Shown piece after piece: positions 28,055-37,867 of a stretch of DNA of 64,000 bases (within the stretch, counting starts at the first letter, position 1; every line of letters starts with the position of its first letter). Location of the stretch: contig CBDCFW010000005.1 of NCBI GenBank assembly GCA_965216465.1, positions 32,001 through 96,000 on the forward strand. Reading direction: 5' to 3'. Below the pieces are notes generated by a model that had not been told where the DNA came from, ran no database searches, and saw only the letters and a list, made by a program, of their open reading frames with translations. The DNA is from Bacteroidia bacterium. Lineage in GTDB: Bacteria; Bacteroidota; Bacteroidia; NS11-12g; UBA9320. The translations under genes and the position numbers were made by a program.

Positions 28055-30373
28055 TTAAAACGGATAACCGACGGCAAAATTAACCGCACTGTTGTCAAAT
28101 ATCCATCCTTTGCTAAAAAAATCTTGAATCACCCATCTATTTCCTTCTGCGTATGAGGGATCATGCAGGGCAACGCCCCAATCTACTCGAAATACTACGT
28201 AGGTAAAATCGAAACGCAAACCGGCTCCACTATTGATAGCTATCTCTTTATAAAAACGGTCAAATTTAAATTCCGCGTTTTTAAAGTTATCGTCTTCTCT
28301 AAAATTCCACATGTTTCCGGCATCAACAAAAACAGCACCGTCAACATATTTATCGATAATGTCAAAGCGATACTCAACATTACCTTGAATCATCATTTCG
28401 CCGGTTTTTTCAATTGAGATTGCACTTGCAGAATCGCTGAAGCTTCCCGGACCAATGGTTCTTGGCCTCCATGCTCTCAAGCCATTTCCTCCACCCACAA
28501 AAAATCTACGTTCGTAAGGTAAAAACTCCGTATTCCCATAAGGCACACCTGCACCCCCATAAAATCGATAAGCAAAAGAATTATTTTCATCGATGATGTG
28601 AGTAAATGCTACATCAATATCTGAACGTGCATATTGTGAGTATTTAACATTAAATATCTCTTTATTGATTCCTTGTTGCTGGGTAAAAAGACGATAGTAC
28701 AATGAAATTAGATTTCCCGAAAGCTCCAAGGCATTGCTTCGAATAACCCAATAATTGTTTGGATCTGCACTCTTATTATCCCAATAGACAAAGGCTGTAG
28801 GACCAGCGATCACATTGTTAGTAAGGAGTTGCGTAGTATAAAAACGCGTTTCAGGATCCAATGAAAGCAAAAACTCTGGTTCAACCGCCGCCTGGTTCAG
28901 ACTAATTCTCATGGGTGTTAATCGATACGATATTCCATTGCGGGTTAGGTTGTAGGTATAGTTAAAGGGGAAAACGTTTCTGGTATAGTTTATATTCTTA
29001 TCATACAGGTAAGAGACATTGAACTTTGTACTCTTTCTCGTTAAATTTTCATAAAATGTTTTACGTTCGAGGTATACCAACGAAGGAACCACAAATTCAG
29101 CAGTAACACTTTGTCTGAAATTATAAAACGTACCATTTCCATCGCTCTTTAATTGTGTTTCTAGTGCGGTAAACGCACTGATATTAAACGACTCTGCCCC
29201 TCCAAACACATTTCGGTTTCTCAAGTTTAGGTTGTTTGCAATACCAAAGTTAGGAACCGAGTTACTTTGAATACCATTGCTCTGCTCAGTTGTAATCATT
29301 TGAGGCTCCCATGTGAAATCATGCTTTGCTGCAGTTTGCAGATTTACATGTGCCACTAAACCTTCTGTGCTATCACTAGGGGCTGGACTGAAACTAATCG
29401 TGACAAAGTTGAATAAGCCCATCGACAATAGGTTAGAGTATGATTTCTGAACTTTACTAGCGTTGTACAATTCTCCTGGTCTAAGCACAACGTTTCGGGC
29501 CAGAGCTGCTGGTTTGATGTAGTAATCTCCTTCAATAAACTTTAGGCCATCAAAAAGAAGTGTGTCCATTTTACTTCCAGAACCAACAACGATTATAACG
29601 TCTTTAATGGTTTGCTGAAAATGTGGCTCATAGTTCTTTTTATTTCTTATGTTAACGACGATATCAGCTTTTAGCGGATTCTGGTTTGTATCTACTTGAA
29701 AGTCGATATAGGAACTGTTGAAGTAGTAATAACCATTGTTTCTCAGCATTGCAGTCAACCGGTTTCGTTCATCTTCAATCTTCTCCAGATCGAGCCGCTG
29801 CCCTACCTTTATCAATTGAAGGTCTTTGTTTTCCTCCAAGAGTATATCAATAGTTCTTGACGTTGCATTGTGCTCCACCTTGCTAATGGTATGATAGCTA
29901 CCCAAGTCAACATTATAAGAAACAACAGCACGCTTCTTCATTTCGATAAAGCCTAGAGCTTTCTTGTTCTTAACTGTGTAGTCAACTTTGTTTTCTAAAA
30001 AGCCTTTACTGAAATAATAATCTGATAATTTTCGAGAGGCTAAATCAATTTGGTTGCTGTCAAGTAAAACAGGTGGTTCACCAATCTTTTCAGCCAATTT
30101 TCGGTGCCATGACTTCTTTTTACGAATACCCAACCCCTTATTACCATATTGGTATGCCCACAAATGGAACCGAACAAATCCCAACAGTTTTCGATTGGGC
30201 TTGGGTTTTAAATTATCGCGCTCATCTCTAAGGTCAACTCCTTTGGAATCTCCTCTTTCTATTTTGTGATGGATGAGCAGCTGCTTGTCTTCAGGTACTA
30301 CCTTGGTGATATTACATGCCGAAGCACTAATTATCACCAAAAGTATGAAGCAATATTTTAGATTTGTATTCAA
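28055..30373 (-). CDS. BamA/TamA family Omp85 lipoprotein (TamL-like)
   Basis: Lipobox ASAC, POTRA-like N-terminus, FFVGGGNGLRAW, FVDAGNMW, GAGLRFDF, NFAVGYPF end; likely TTG start at 30373. Confidence 0.9.
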   Translation of the reverse strand: MNTNLKYCFILLVIISASACNITKVVPEDKQLLIHHKIERGDSKGVDLRDERDNLKPKPNRKLLGFVRFHLWAYQYGNKGLGIRKKKSWHRKLAEKIGEPPVLLDSNQIDLASRKLSDYYFSKGFLENKVDYTVKNKKALGFIEMKKRAVVSYNVDLGSYHTISKVEHNATSRTIDILLEENKDLQLIKVGQRLDLEKIEDERNRLTAMLRNNGYYYFNSSYIDFQVDTNQNPLKADIVVNIRNKKNYEPHFQQTIKDVIIVVGSGSKMDTLLFDGLKFIEGDYYIKPAALARNVVLRPGELYNASKVQKSYSNLLSMGLFNFVTISFSPAPSDSTEGLVAHVNLQTAAKHDFTWEPQMITTEQSNGIQSNSVPNFGIANNLNLRNRNVFGGAESFNISAFTALETQLKSDGNGTFYNFRQSVTAEFVVPSLVYLERKTFYENLTRKSTKFNVSYLYDKNINYTRNVFPFNYTYNLTRNGISYRLTPMRISLNQAAVEPEFLLSLDPETRFYTTQLLTNNVIAGPTAFVYWDNKSADPNNYWVIRSNALELSGNLISLYYRLFTQQQGINKEIFNVKYSQYARSDIDVAFTHIIDENNSFAYRFYGGAGVPYGNTEFLPYERRFFVGGGNGLRAWRPRTIGPGSFSDSASAISIEKTGEMMIQGNVEYRFDIIDKYVDGAVFVDAGNMWNFREDDNFKNAEFKFDRFYKEIAINSGAGLRFDFTYVVFRVDWGVALHDPSYAEGNRWVIQDFFSKGWIFDNSAVNFAVGYPF

Positions 30374-30383
30374 ATTTTCAGAA

Positions 30384-31100
30384 TTGCCAAGTAAAGCTAA
30401 GCTAAAACAGTACCAACAATTACACGCTAAAAAGTTTCGACAAAAATATGGTCTATTTGTTGTCGAAGGCCTAAAATCTGTAAACGAATTGAACGAAAGT
30501 GACTGGCCTGTGGAGTGTATTCTATGCACTAATTCCTTTATAGAAGATTTTGGCCATGAAATTAACTACGAATACCAGGTTGTTGAACCGGAGGATTTCT
30601 ATAAAATATCAAATCAAAAAAATCCACAAGAAGTATTAGCGATTGCTAAAATTCATAAGCCTCAAACGACAAATTCAGCTTGGCAAATTGCACTCGACAA
30701 CATTAATGATCCGGGCAACTTAGGCACCATTATTCGAATTGCTGATTGGTACGGTATCACTGAGATTTTTTGTTCACCAGATTGCGTTGATCAATTTAAC
30801 GCAAAGGTAATTCAAGCCAGTATGGGGTCTTTCTTACGTGTAAAGATCACTGTAGGACCACTAGCTGAATTGCTTGCCACCAAAAATGTTTATGCCACCT
30901 TGCTTGAAGGCGAAAATATTCGTTCTATTCCGAAAGCTGAGTCCGGCGTTCTTCTTATAGGTAACGAGGCAAACGGAATTTCTGCTGTTCTTTTAAATGC
31001 AATAAATACAACAGCGGTTACCATACCTCGAGTTGGGAGTGCTGAAAGCTTGAACGCAGGAATTGCAACCGCTATTTGTTGTGAACGCTTAATTGGCTAA
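30384..31100 (+). CDS. TrmH family RNA methyltransferase
   Basis: FVVEG, NDPGNLGTIIR, GNEANGIS, ESLNAG; TTG start. Confidence 0.92.
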   Translation: MPSKAKLKQYQQLHAKKFRQKYGLFVVEGLKSVNELNESDWPVECILCTNSFIEDFGHEINYEYQVVEPEDFYKISNQKNPQEVLAIAKIHKPQTTNSAWQIALDNINDPGNLGTIIRIADWYGITEIFCSPDCVDQFNAKVIQASMGSFLRVKITVGPLAELLATKNVYATLLEGENIRSIPKAESGVLLIGNEANGISAVLLNAINTTAVTIPRVGSAESLNAGIATAICCERLIG

Positions 31101-31213
31101 AATACTCACTATCAAATAAAAAGATACCTTTGCAGAAATTTTAGCAGACGGGCATCTCGGGTTTTACTATTTTTTTGTCGTAATGTGCTCAATTGCTAAG
31201 TAGATATTACAAT

Positions 31214-32938
31214 ATGAGTACATTTAAAGAAATGGGGTTAAAGCCTGAAATTTTAACCGCCATAGAAGAGTTGGGTTACGAAAACCCAACACCCATTCAG
31301 AAGCTGTCTATTCCACATGTATTGAGCCAACCTGAAGATTTAATCGCCTTTGCTCAAACGGGTACCGGTAAAACAGCTGCTTTTAGCCTTCCAATTTTAA
31401 ATCAAATTGACACCAATAAAAAAGGTATAAAATGCATCATTTTAAGTCCTACTCGAGAGTTAGGCATTCAAATTACGGAAGACATTAAACTCTACTCCAA
31501 AAACTTAGAGAATTTTAAAGTTGTTCCTGTCTACGGAGGCGCTGCCATTGAAAATCAGATTAAGCAATTAAATCGCGGATGTGATGTTGTTGTTGGTACG
31601 CCAGGAAGAACACTCGATTTGATTAAACGCGGTCGACTTCAGCTTGATAGTGTGCAGTGGTTAGTACTTGATGAAGCAGACGAAATGCTTAGCATGGGAT
31701 TTGCGGAAGATTTAGATGCAATTCTTGACACCACACCTGAAGACAAACAAACCTTACTGTTTTCGGCAACAATGCCTCCTGACATGCTTAAGCTTTCGCG
31801 TAAGTATATGCACAACCCTGTTGAAGTTTCTGCAGGAAGCAAGCAAGAAGCAAACACCAATGTTCATCACGTATACTACAGAATTAACTCAAGAGACCGC
31901 TATGCGGCGTTAAAAAGAGCTGTTGATGCTCATCCAGATATTTACGGAATCATTTTCTGTCGAACTCGAGCAGAAACGAAAGAAGTTGCTGAAAAACTTG
32001 CTGATGATGGTTACAATACCGATGCACTTCACGGCGACCTTTCACAGGCACAACGTGATTATGTAATGAACAAGTTCAGAAACCGTCAATTGCAACTTTT
32101 AATCGCAACCGACGTAGCTGCAAGAGGGTTAGATGTACAAGAACTTACTCATGTAATCAATTACAAATTGCCTGACGAAGATGCTGTTTATGTTCATCGA
32201 AGTGGTAGAACTGGTCGAGCAAAAAATGAAGGTGTTTCCCTTTCATTGTTAACCGCCAAGGAAGAATCGAAACTGAAATATCTAGAAAAAAAGATTGGTC
32301 GTAAATTCGATAGAATTCCTATCCCAGGAGGCCAAGAAATCTGCCAAAGCCAGTTGTTTCATTTGATAAACAACGTTTTAGAAACAGAAATCACCAACAA
32401 TCATATCGAAGAGTTCTTGCCACAGATTTATGATATGTTCAATGGTTACACTAAAGAGGATATCATTAAACGAATTGTTACTGCTGAGTTTGATCGCTTC
32501 TTAGAGTATTATCGTGATGCTCCAGATTTAAACAAATCGACATCTAAAGCGAAGAGAAGCAGAGACGATGACGAAGATGATGGACGAAGAAAGAGAAGAT
32601 CTGATGTTCATATGACGCGATACTTCATCAACCAAGGTAAAAAAGATGGTTTTTCTCCAAAGTCATTAATGCGAATGATTAACGAAAATCTGCCGGGTAA
32701 GTCTCCAGAAATTGGTCAAATAGAAATCATGAAGATGTTCTCATTCTTTGAGCTTGAATCTGAATATTCTCGTGACCTGCAAAAAGCATTAAAAGGAATG
32801 TCGTTCAAAGGAAGATCTGTTTCTATTGAAGAGTCAAAGCCAAAAAGAGGCGGTGGTAACCGTAAGAAAGGAGCCGAAGGTCGGTCAAAAGGAGGCCGAG
32901 GACATCGCGGAAGTAGTGGAAGACGTCGAAGAAGATAG
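31214..32938 (+). CDS. DEAD-box RNA helicase with DbpA-type RNA-binding domain (DeaD/CsdA-like)
   Basis: Q motif, AQTGTGKT, DEAD, SAT, HRSGRTGR, basic tail; TACCTTTG at 31125-31132. Confidence 0.93.
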   Translation: MSTFKEMGLKPEILTAIEELGYENPTPIQKLSIPHVLSQPEDLIAFAQTGTGKTAAFSLPILNQIDTNKKGIKCIILSPTRELGIQITEDIKLYSKNLENFKVVPVYGGAAIENQIKQLNRGCDVVVGTPGRTLDLIKRGRLQLDSVQWLVLDEADEMLSMGFAEDLDAILDTTPEDKQTLLFSATMPPDMLKLSRKYMHNPVEVSAGSKQEANTNVHHVYYRINSRDRYAALKRAVDAHPDIYGIIFCRTRAETKEVAEKLADDGYNTDALHGDLSQAQRDYVMNKFRNRQLQLLIATDVAARGLDVQELTHVINYKLPDEDAVYVHRSGRTGRAKNEGVSLSLLTAKEESKLKYLEKKIGRKFDRIPIPGGQEICQSQLFHLINNVLETEITNNHIEEFLPQIYDMFNGYTKEDIIKRIVTAEFDRFLEYYRDAPDLNKSTSKAKRSRDDDEDDGRRKRRSDVHMTRYFINQGKKDGFSPKSLMRMINENLPGKSPEIGQIEIMKMFSFFELESEYSRDLQKALKGMSFKGRSVSIEESKPKRGGGNRKKGAEGRSKGGRGHRGSSGRRRRR

Positions 32939-33014
32939 ACCCATAACCTTCTGATTATTTTGCAGTTCTGCAAAACCGCCAAATAAATTCTTATATTTGG
33001 ATTGATAACTTAGT

Positions 33015-35003
33015 TTGAAACTGACCCGACTTTCCATACTGGCCTTATTGCTATTGTTCACTTTTGTGTCTTTCAGCACAGTAAGTGACTCGTTAAATCG
33101 AATATGGCAGAATGAAGGTCTCGATGATTCAACACGGTCAGTTGCCCTTCATGAATTAACTTGGAGTTTCTACTCTGCTGACCAATTAGACAGCATGTTA
33201 ATCTACGCGAAATTGAATTACGATTTTGTAATTGAAGCTGGCTTGAAAGACCGTGAAAACGATGCATTGTTTGGTCTTGGGATGGCTTCGAAAATGAATG
33301 GAAATTCTCATCAAGCTATTGGCTATTTTACTGAAGCTTTAGAAATTGCTAAGAAAAAAAATGACGACGAGGATATTGGGGGTAACTTGATACAACTGGG
33401 TAACCTCTATAGCAGCCAAGGATCTTATGATAAAGCAATCAACTGTTTTGAGGAGTGTTTTGAAATTTTTGAACGCAATAATAATGTGCCCGGAGAATCT
33501 ATAATTTTAAAAGATATCGGTGAAGTATATCTAGAAAAGAAAAATTATACAAAAGCTCTTGAATATTTAGAAAAGAGTCGAACGTTTAGAGACTCTTTAC
33601 GCAGGATAGACGAAGACAGAATTGGATTTAATGAAAGTGTTGGCTATGCTCAAACCTTAGCTGATATTGGCATCTGTCATATGAATCTCAACGACTATGA
33701 CAAAGCTTTCGACCATTTTGAACAAAGCCTGGCGATTTACTTAGAAATTGATGAAAAAAGAGGAATAGCGGAAGGCCTAACCAGACTTGGAGATATTTAT
33801 AGCATGATGGAGAACTCCGACAGTGCTGTTGCAAAATACCAAGAGAGTTTAGCTATCGGTCATCAGATAAATAACGAGCAACAAGTAGCTCACACTTCGC
33901 TTCGTTTAGGTCTGTTTTACTTGCAACGAGATAAATTCAATCAAGCAAATAAATGGTGCAAGCAAAGCTTGAATATTTCTGAAGTTACTGGCTTTGTTCT
34001 TGAGCAGCGTAATGCCTGTGAATGCTTGTATGAAGCGAATAAGAGTTTGCATAATTCAAGGGCTTCGCTCATTTATTTGGAAAAACTGCTACATCTCGAC
34101 GACAGTTTGAAAAGCGAAGAAACAACACTTCGTTTACAAGAGATTGAGTTTCAAAAAGCGGCACTTGCTGATAGTTTAATTCAAGAAGAACGCAAAAGAG
34201 AAATTGAAGCTAAACACAAAGCTGAAGTAAAACGAAAAGATATTAACCGAAACATTGTATTGGCAATTTTGGTTTTTATTCTAATTGTTGCGGCAGCTAT
34301 GTACAATCGAGTTCGATTCATCAGGCGAGCTAAAAACCGAATCGAAAAGGAGAAAAACCGTTCAGACAGTTTGTTACTCAATATTTTACCACTTGAAATT
34401 GCTCAAGAGCTAAAAATAAAGGGAGAAGCGGAGGCTAGAGATTATACCGATGTCACCATCCTATTTACAGATTTCAAGCAATTCACTCAGCTTTCGGAAA
34501 CCATGAGTGCAAAAGAGCTGGTCTCAGAGTTAAACTATTGTTTCAAAGCTTTCGACCGAATATGCGAAACTTATAAAATTGAGAAGATTAAGACCATCGG
34601 AGACTCATTTATGGCCGCTGGAGGTATACCTGTGGCTACACCCTATTCTGCTAAAAATACGGTATTGGCCGCCATTGCCATGAATAAGTTTGTAAAGGAA
34701 CGTAAGAAAGACTTAGATAGTCAGAAAAAAACTGCCTTTGAAATGAGGCTAGGAATTCATACTGGAAGCGTTGTTGCAGGAATTGTTGGGGTTAAGAAGT
34801 TTCAATATGATATCTGGGGAGACTCGGTCAATACTGCTAGCAGAATGGAGTCGAATAGCGTTGTTGGTAAGATCAATATATCGAATACCACCTATAAGCA
34901 GATTAAAAACGACCCAGACTTCGTATTTGAACACCGCGGTAAAGTTCAAGCTAAAGGAAAAGGTGAAGTCGACATGTACTTTGTCAGCTTGAAAGAATCT
35001 TAA
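33015..35003 (+). CDS. TPR-sensor membrane-anchored class III adenylate cyclase
   Basis: Signal peptide, TPR repeats, TM helix, LLNILP, FTDF, KIKTIGD, YDIWGDSVNTASRMES, KGKG. Confidence 0.9.
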   Translation: MKLTRLSILALLLLFTFVSFSTVSDSLNRIWQNEGLDDSTRSVALHELTWSFYSADQLDSMLIYAKLNYDFVIEAGLKDRENDALFGLGMASKMNGNSHQAIGYFTEALEIAKKKNDDEDIGGNLIQLGNLYSSQGSYDKAINCFEECFEIFERNNNVPGESIILKDIGEVYLEKKNYTKALEYLEKSRTFRDSLRRIDEDRIGFNESVGYAQTLADIGICHMNLNDYDKAFDHFEQSLAIYLEIDEKRGIAEGLTRLGDIYSMMENSDSAVAKYQESLAIGHQINNEQQVAHTSLRLGLFYLQRDKFNQANKWCKQSLNISEVTGFVLEQRNACECLYEANKSLHNSRASLIYLEKLLHLDDSLKSEETTLRLQEIEFQKAALADSLIQEERKREIEAKHKAEVKRKDINRNIVLAILVFILIVAAAMYNRVRFIRRAKNRIEKEKNRSDSLLLNILPLEIAQELKIKGEAEARDYTDVTILFTDFKQFTQLSETMSAKELVSELNYCFKAFDRICETYKIEKIKTIGDSFMAAGGIPVATPYSAKNTVLAAIAMNKFVKERKKDLDSQKKTAFEMRLGIHTGSVVAGIVGVKKFQYDIWGDSVNTASRMESNSVVGKINISNTTYKQIKNDPDFVFEHRGKVQAKGKGEVDMYFVSLKES

Positions 35004-35007
35004 AAGG

Positions 35008-35580
35008 ATGGCTGAAGTTCAAACTTATATTGAAAATTATTTCGGACTAAAGGGAGATGATGCTTCTGCAATTGGTGAGCTTTTTAGATCTGAAGAGTTG
35101 ACCAAAAATTCATTTTTTGTTAAAGAAGGATCAACATGTGATAAGCTAAGCTTCATTTCTTCTGGATACTTACGCATCTTTAACTATACTGAAAGCGGCA
35201 AAGAAGTTACTCAATGGATTTCAGGGAATGGAGATTTCGTAACAGAATTGTCAAGTTTAATGTTCGGGAACACATCGCGGTGGAATATTCAAGCTTTAAC
35301 GGATTGTAAACTCCTTACTATTTCAAAAGAAAATTATAACAAACTAGGAAGTATTGTACCCGCCTGGATAGAATTAGAAAAATTATTTCTTGCAAAATGT
35401 TTTATCACGCTCGAAGATCGGGTTTATGCTTTTTTATCGATGTCAGCAGAGGAACGATATTTTCATTTGTACAATTACAAGCGAGACCTTATTCAGCAGG
35501 TTCCTCAGCAGTATCTAGCGTCGATGCTAGGCATGACCCCAGAAACATTAAGTCGAATACGAGCCAAGCGAATTTCTTGA
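35008..35580 (+). CDS. Crp/Fnr family transcriptional regulator
   Basis: cNMP-binding-like domain; YLASMLGMTPETLSRIR HTH. Confidence 0.92.
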   Translation: MAEVQTYIENYFGLKGDDASAIGELFRSEELTKNSFFVKEGSTCDKLSFISSGYLRIFNYTESGKEVTQWISGNGDFVTELSSLMFGNTSRWNIQALTDCKLLTISKENYNKLGSIVPAWIELEKLFLAKCFITLEDRVYAFLSMSAEERYFHLYNYKRDLIQQVPQQYLASMLGMTPETLSRIRAKRIS

Positions 35581-35590
35581 TTTAGATCAA
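35577..35590. promoter_or_regulatory. FNR/CRP-type palindromic operator
   Basis: TTGAT-TTAG-ATCAA overlapping the regulator's stop codon, upstream of a GAGCTTTG -7-like element (35613-35620). Confidence 0.75.
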
Positions 35591-35638
35591 GTCAATAGTC
35601 ACTTTGAGCCTTGAGCTTTGTAGCCATAAAATTAGAAT

Positions 35639-36058
35639 ATGGCACATCAAATTTCAACACAGACCAAAATTGAAGCAACTGCAGCAGAAGTATGGAAGGT
35701 TTTAACAGACTTCGAAAATTATGCAGAATGGAATCCATTTATTAAATCTATCAAAGGAATGGTTAAGCCTGGTAAGACGATTGAGGCACAGATAGACAAC
35801 ATGCGAATATCCCCTCAAGTATTAGTCTTTAAGCAAAATGAAGAATTCAAATGGTTAGGTCATTTATTTATTAAGGGCCTATTTGATGGAGAACACCGAT
35901 TTCAACTTATTGCCAATGCGGACGGAAGTACTACGTTTATTCATTCAGAGAGGTTTCGAGGTATTTTAATTCCTTTCTTCAAAAAGATGATAAATGGTAA
36001 AGTTAGAGATGGGTTTGTCGCAATGAACCTAGCCTTAAAGGCAAGAGTAGAAGGCTAG
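35639..36058 (+). CDS. SRPBCC (polyketide cyclase-like) domain protein
   Basis: VWKVLTDFENYAEWNPF, GLFDGEH, MNLALKARVE. Confidence 0.88.
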   Translation: MAHQISTQTKIEATAAEVWKVLTDFENYAEWNPFIKSIKGMVKPGKTIEAQIDNMRISPQVLVFKQNEEFKWLGHLFIKGLFDGEHRFQLIANADGSTTFIHSERFRGILIPFFKKMINGKVRDGFVAMNLALKARVEG

Positions 36059-37077
36059 CGTCGAATTCCTTGAGCATTTAACGAACGACGATAGGCTGCC
36101 GCATTTCGATCATGCTGAGCTTTGCTTGCTGTAAAATTGTGATAATATGACCCATCTGGTTTAGCACACATAAAAATATAATTGTGACTTTTAGGGTTTA
36201 AGCAAGCGTCTATTGCTCTTTTATCGGGCAGGAATATTGGTCCAGGAGGTAAGCCTAAGTTTAAATAGGTATTGTACGGATCTTCGGTTCTAAGGTCTCT
36301 ATACAAAACGCGTCTTCGCCCCTCTCTTCCTGCGACGTACAACACTGTTGGATCGGCTTGTAACAACATATTTTTCTTCAGTCGATTGAGGTACAATCCT
36401 GCAATTGTTGGCATTTCAGACACATGAATAGCTTCTCCATCTACAATGCTAGCCAAAACACAAACTTCCTTAGAATTCAAGTTTTGAGCTTTCGCTTTCT
36501 TTTTTCGCTCATCATTCCAAAAAGTATTGTACTCATCTAAAAACCTACGAATCACTTTATCTGCTGGAGTTGCCCAATTGAAGTGGTAATGATCCGGCAA
36601 AAAGATACACCATACATTTTCGGCGGTAAAACCATTATCTTTTATTTCATTGGCTCTGAGTGCCACAGAAAGTTCATCTTTATCGGCTTCAAGATTCTCT
36701 GCCAAATAGGTTAGCAAGCTATCTCGTGACATTTCGGGTTTGACTTTAACCACTACTTTTTCCCAAGATCCGCTTCGAATCATACGCACCAACTCGACAT
36801 TTGATAAGCCCTCCTTTATTTTGTATCGTCCCGCTTTGTAGGTATTCTCGAGATTCATACGCTCCGCAACCAAGTCGAAACTTGTACTGTTTTCGACAAT
36901 ACCAGTAGCCACCAAATTGTTGCGAACATCGTTGTAAGAATCTTTGTACGATATGTAGAAGTACTCGCCGTCGGTTGCATTCGTATTCCCTTTAAATACC
37001 AGGAGATATGCAGCTCCTAAAACAACTCCCCCTACTACTACCAGTGTTGCGATATATTTTTTTAGTTTTTTGTTCAA
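36055..37077 (-). CDS. mltG: Endolytic transglycosylase MltG
   Basis: ASIV..E, NRLKKNMLLQADPT, YNTY..GLPPGPI. Confidence 0.93.
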   Translation of the reverse strand: MNKKLKKYIATLVVVGGVVLGAAYLLVFKGNTNATDGEYFYISYKDSYNDVRNNLVATGIVENSTSFDLVAERMNLENTYKAGRYKIKEGLSNVELVRMIRSGSWEKVVVKVKPEMSRDSLLTYLAENLEADKDELSVALRANEIKDNGFTAENVWCIFLPDHYHFNWATPADKVIRRFLDEYNTFWNDERKKKAKAQNLNSKEVCVLASIVDGEAIHVSEMPTIAGLYLNRLKKNMLLQADPTVLYVAGREGRRRVLYRDLRTEDPYNTYLNLGLPPGPIFLPDKRAIDACLNPKSHNYIFMCAKPDGSYYHNFTASKAQHDRNAAAYRRSLNAQGIRR

Positions 37078-37136
37078 ATCTCAGAATTGATGACGCAAAT
37101 TAAGTAAAGTAATATATTAGTTTTGCCTCTTATACG

Positions 37137-37862
37137 ATGAACATAGCAATTATTGGGTATGGAAAGATGGGAAAGGCAATTGAACAAATTGCCATTGAGC
37201 GTGGTCATACGATCTCTGCAATCATCCATCGAAGCAATTTAACTCAGGAAGAGTTAGAAGGTACAGATGTAGCAATTGAGTTTACCGAGCCCAATGCGGC
37301 TTACGAGAACATAAAATCATGTATCGACTTAAATATACCTGTTGTTGTTGGTACCACCGGCTGGTACGAGCACTACGAGGAACTTAAAGAGCTTACTCTA
37401 TCTAGCAATTCAGCTTTATTTACTGCAACCAATTTTAGCATTGGTGTAAATATTCTATTCCACCTCAACCGTAAACTCGGAAGCATTATGAATGGGTTTC
37501 GAGAGTATGAAGTGCGAATGGATGAAACACATCATATTCACAAGAAAGACCATCCAAGTGGAACTGCAGTTACTCTCGCAGAAGGAATACTGGATACGCT
37601 TGATAGAAAAAATAAATATATTGGTCTGCTTGAGGGACAAGAATCCAATGCTTCGACGTTTGATTTGCAAATAGTAAGCAAACGCGAGAACGAAGTACCT
37701 GGTTTTCATCAAGTGACCTACGAAAGTGAAATAGATGAAATCACCATTAGCCATAACGCTAAGAACAGAAAAGGCTTTGCAATTGGATCAGTTGTAGCAG
37801 CGGAATGGCTTGCAGGTAAACAAGGTGTATTCACCATGCAAGATTTACTAAACTTTGAATAA
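37137..37862 (+). CDS. dapB: 4-hydroxy-tetrahydrodipicolinate reductase
   Basis: GYGKMG, GTTG, NFSIG, ETHHIHKKDHPSGTA. Confidence 0.96.
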   Translation: MNIAIIGYGKMGKAIEQIAIERGHTISAIIHRSNLTQEELEGTDVAIEFTEPNAAYENIKSCIDLNIPVVVGTTGWYEHYEELKELTLSSNSALFTATNFSIGVNILFHLNRKLGSIMNGFREYEVRMDETHHIHKKDHPSGTAVTLAEGILDTLDRKNKYIGLLEGQESNASTFDLQIVSKRENEVPGFHQVTYESEIDEITISHNAKNRKGFAIGSVVAAEWLAGKQGVFTMQDLLNFE

Positions 37863-37867
37863 CACAT

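Noticed and set aside
30374-30529. Long N-terminal extensions in the ORF track (Omp85 gene, trmH; also 20874-20987 and 45810-45881)
   Set aside because: They overlap opposite genes or promoters; signal peptides and family motifs point to downstream starts
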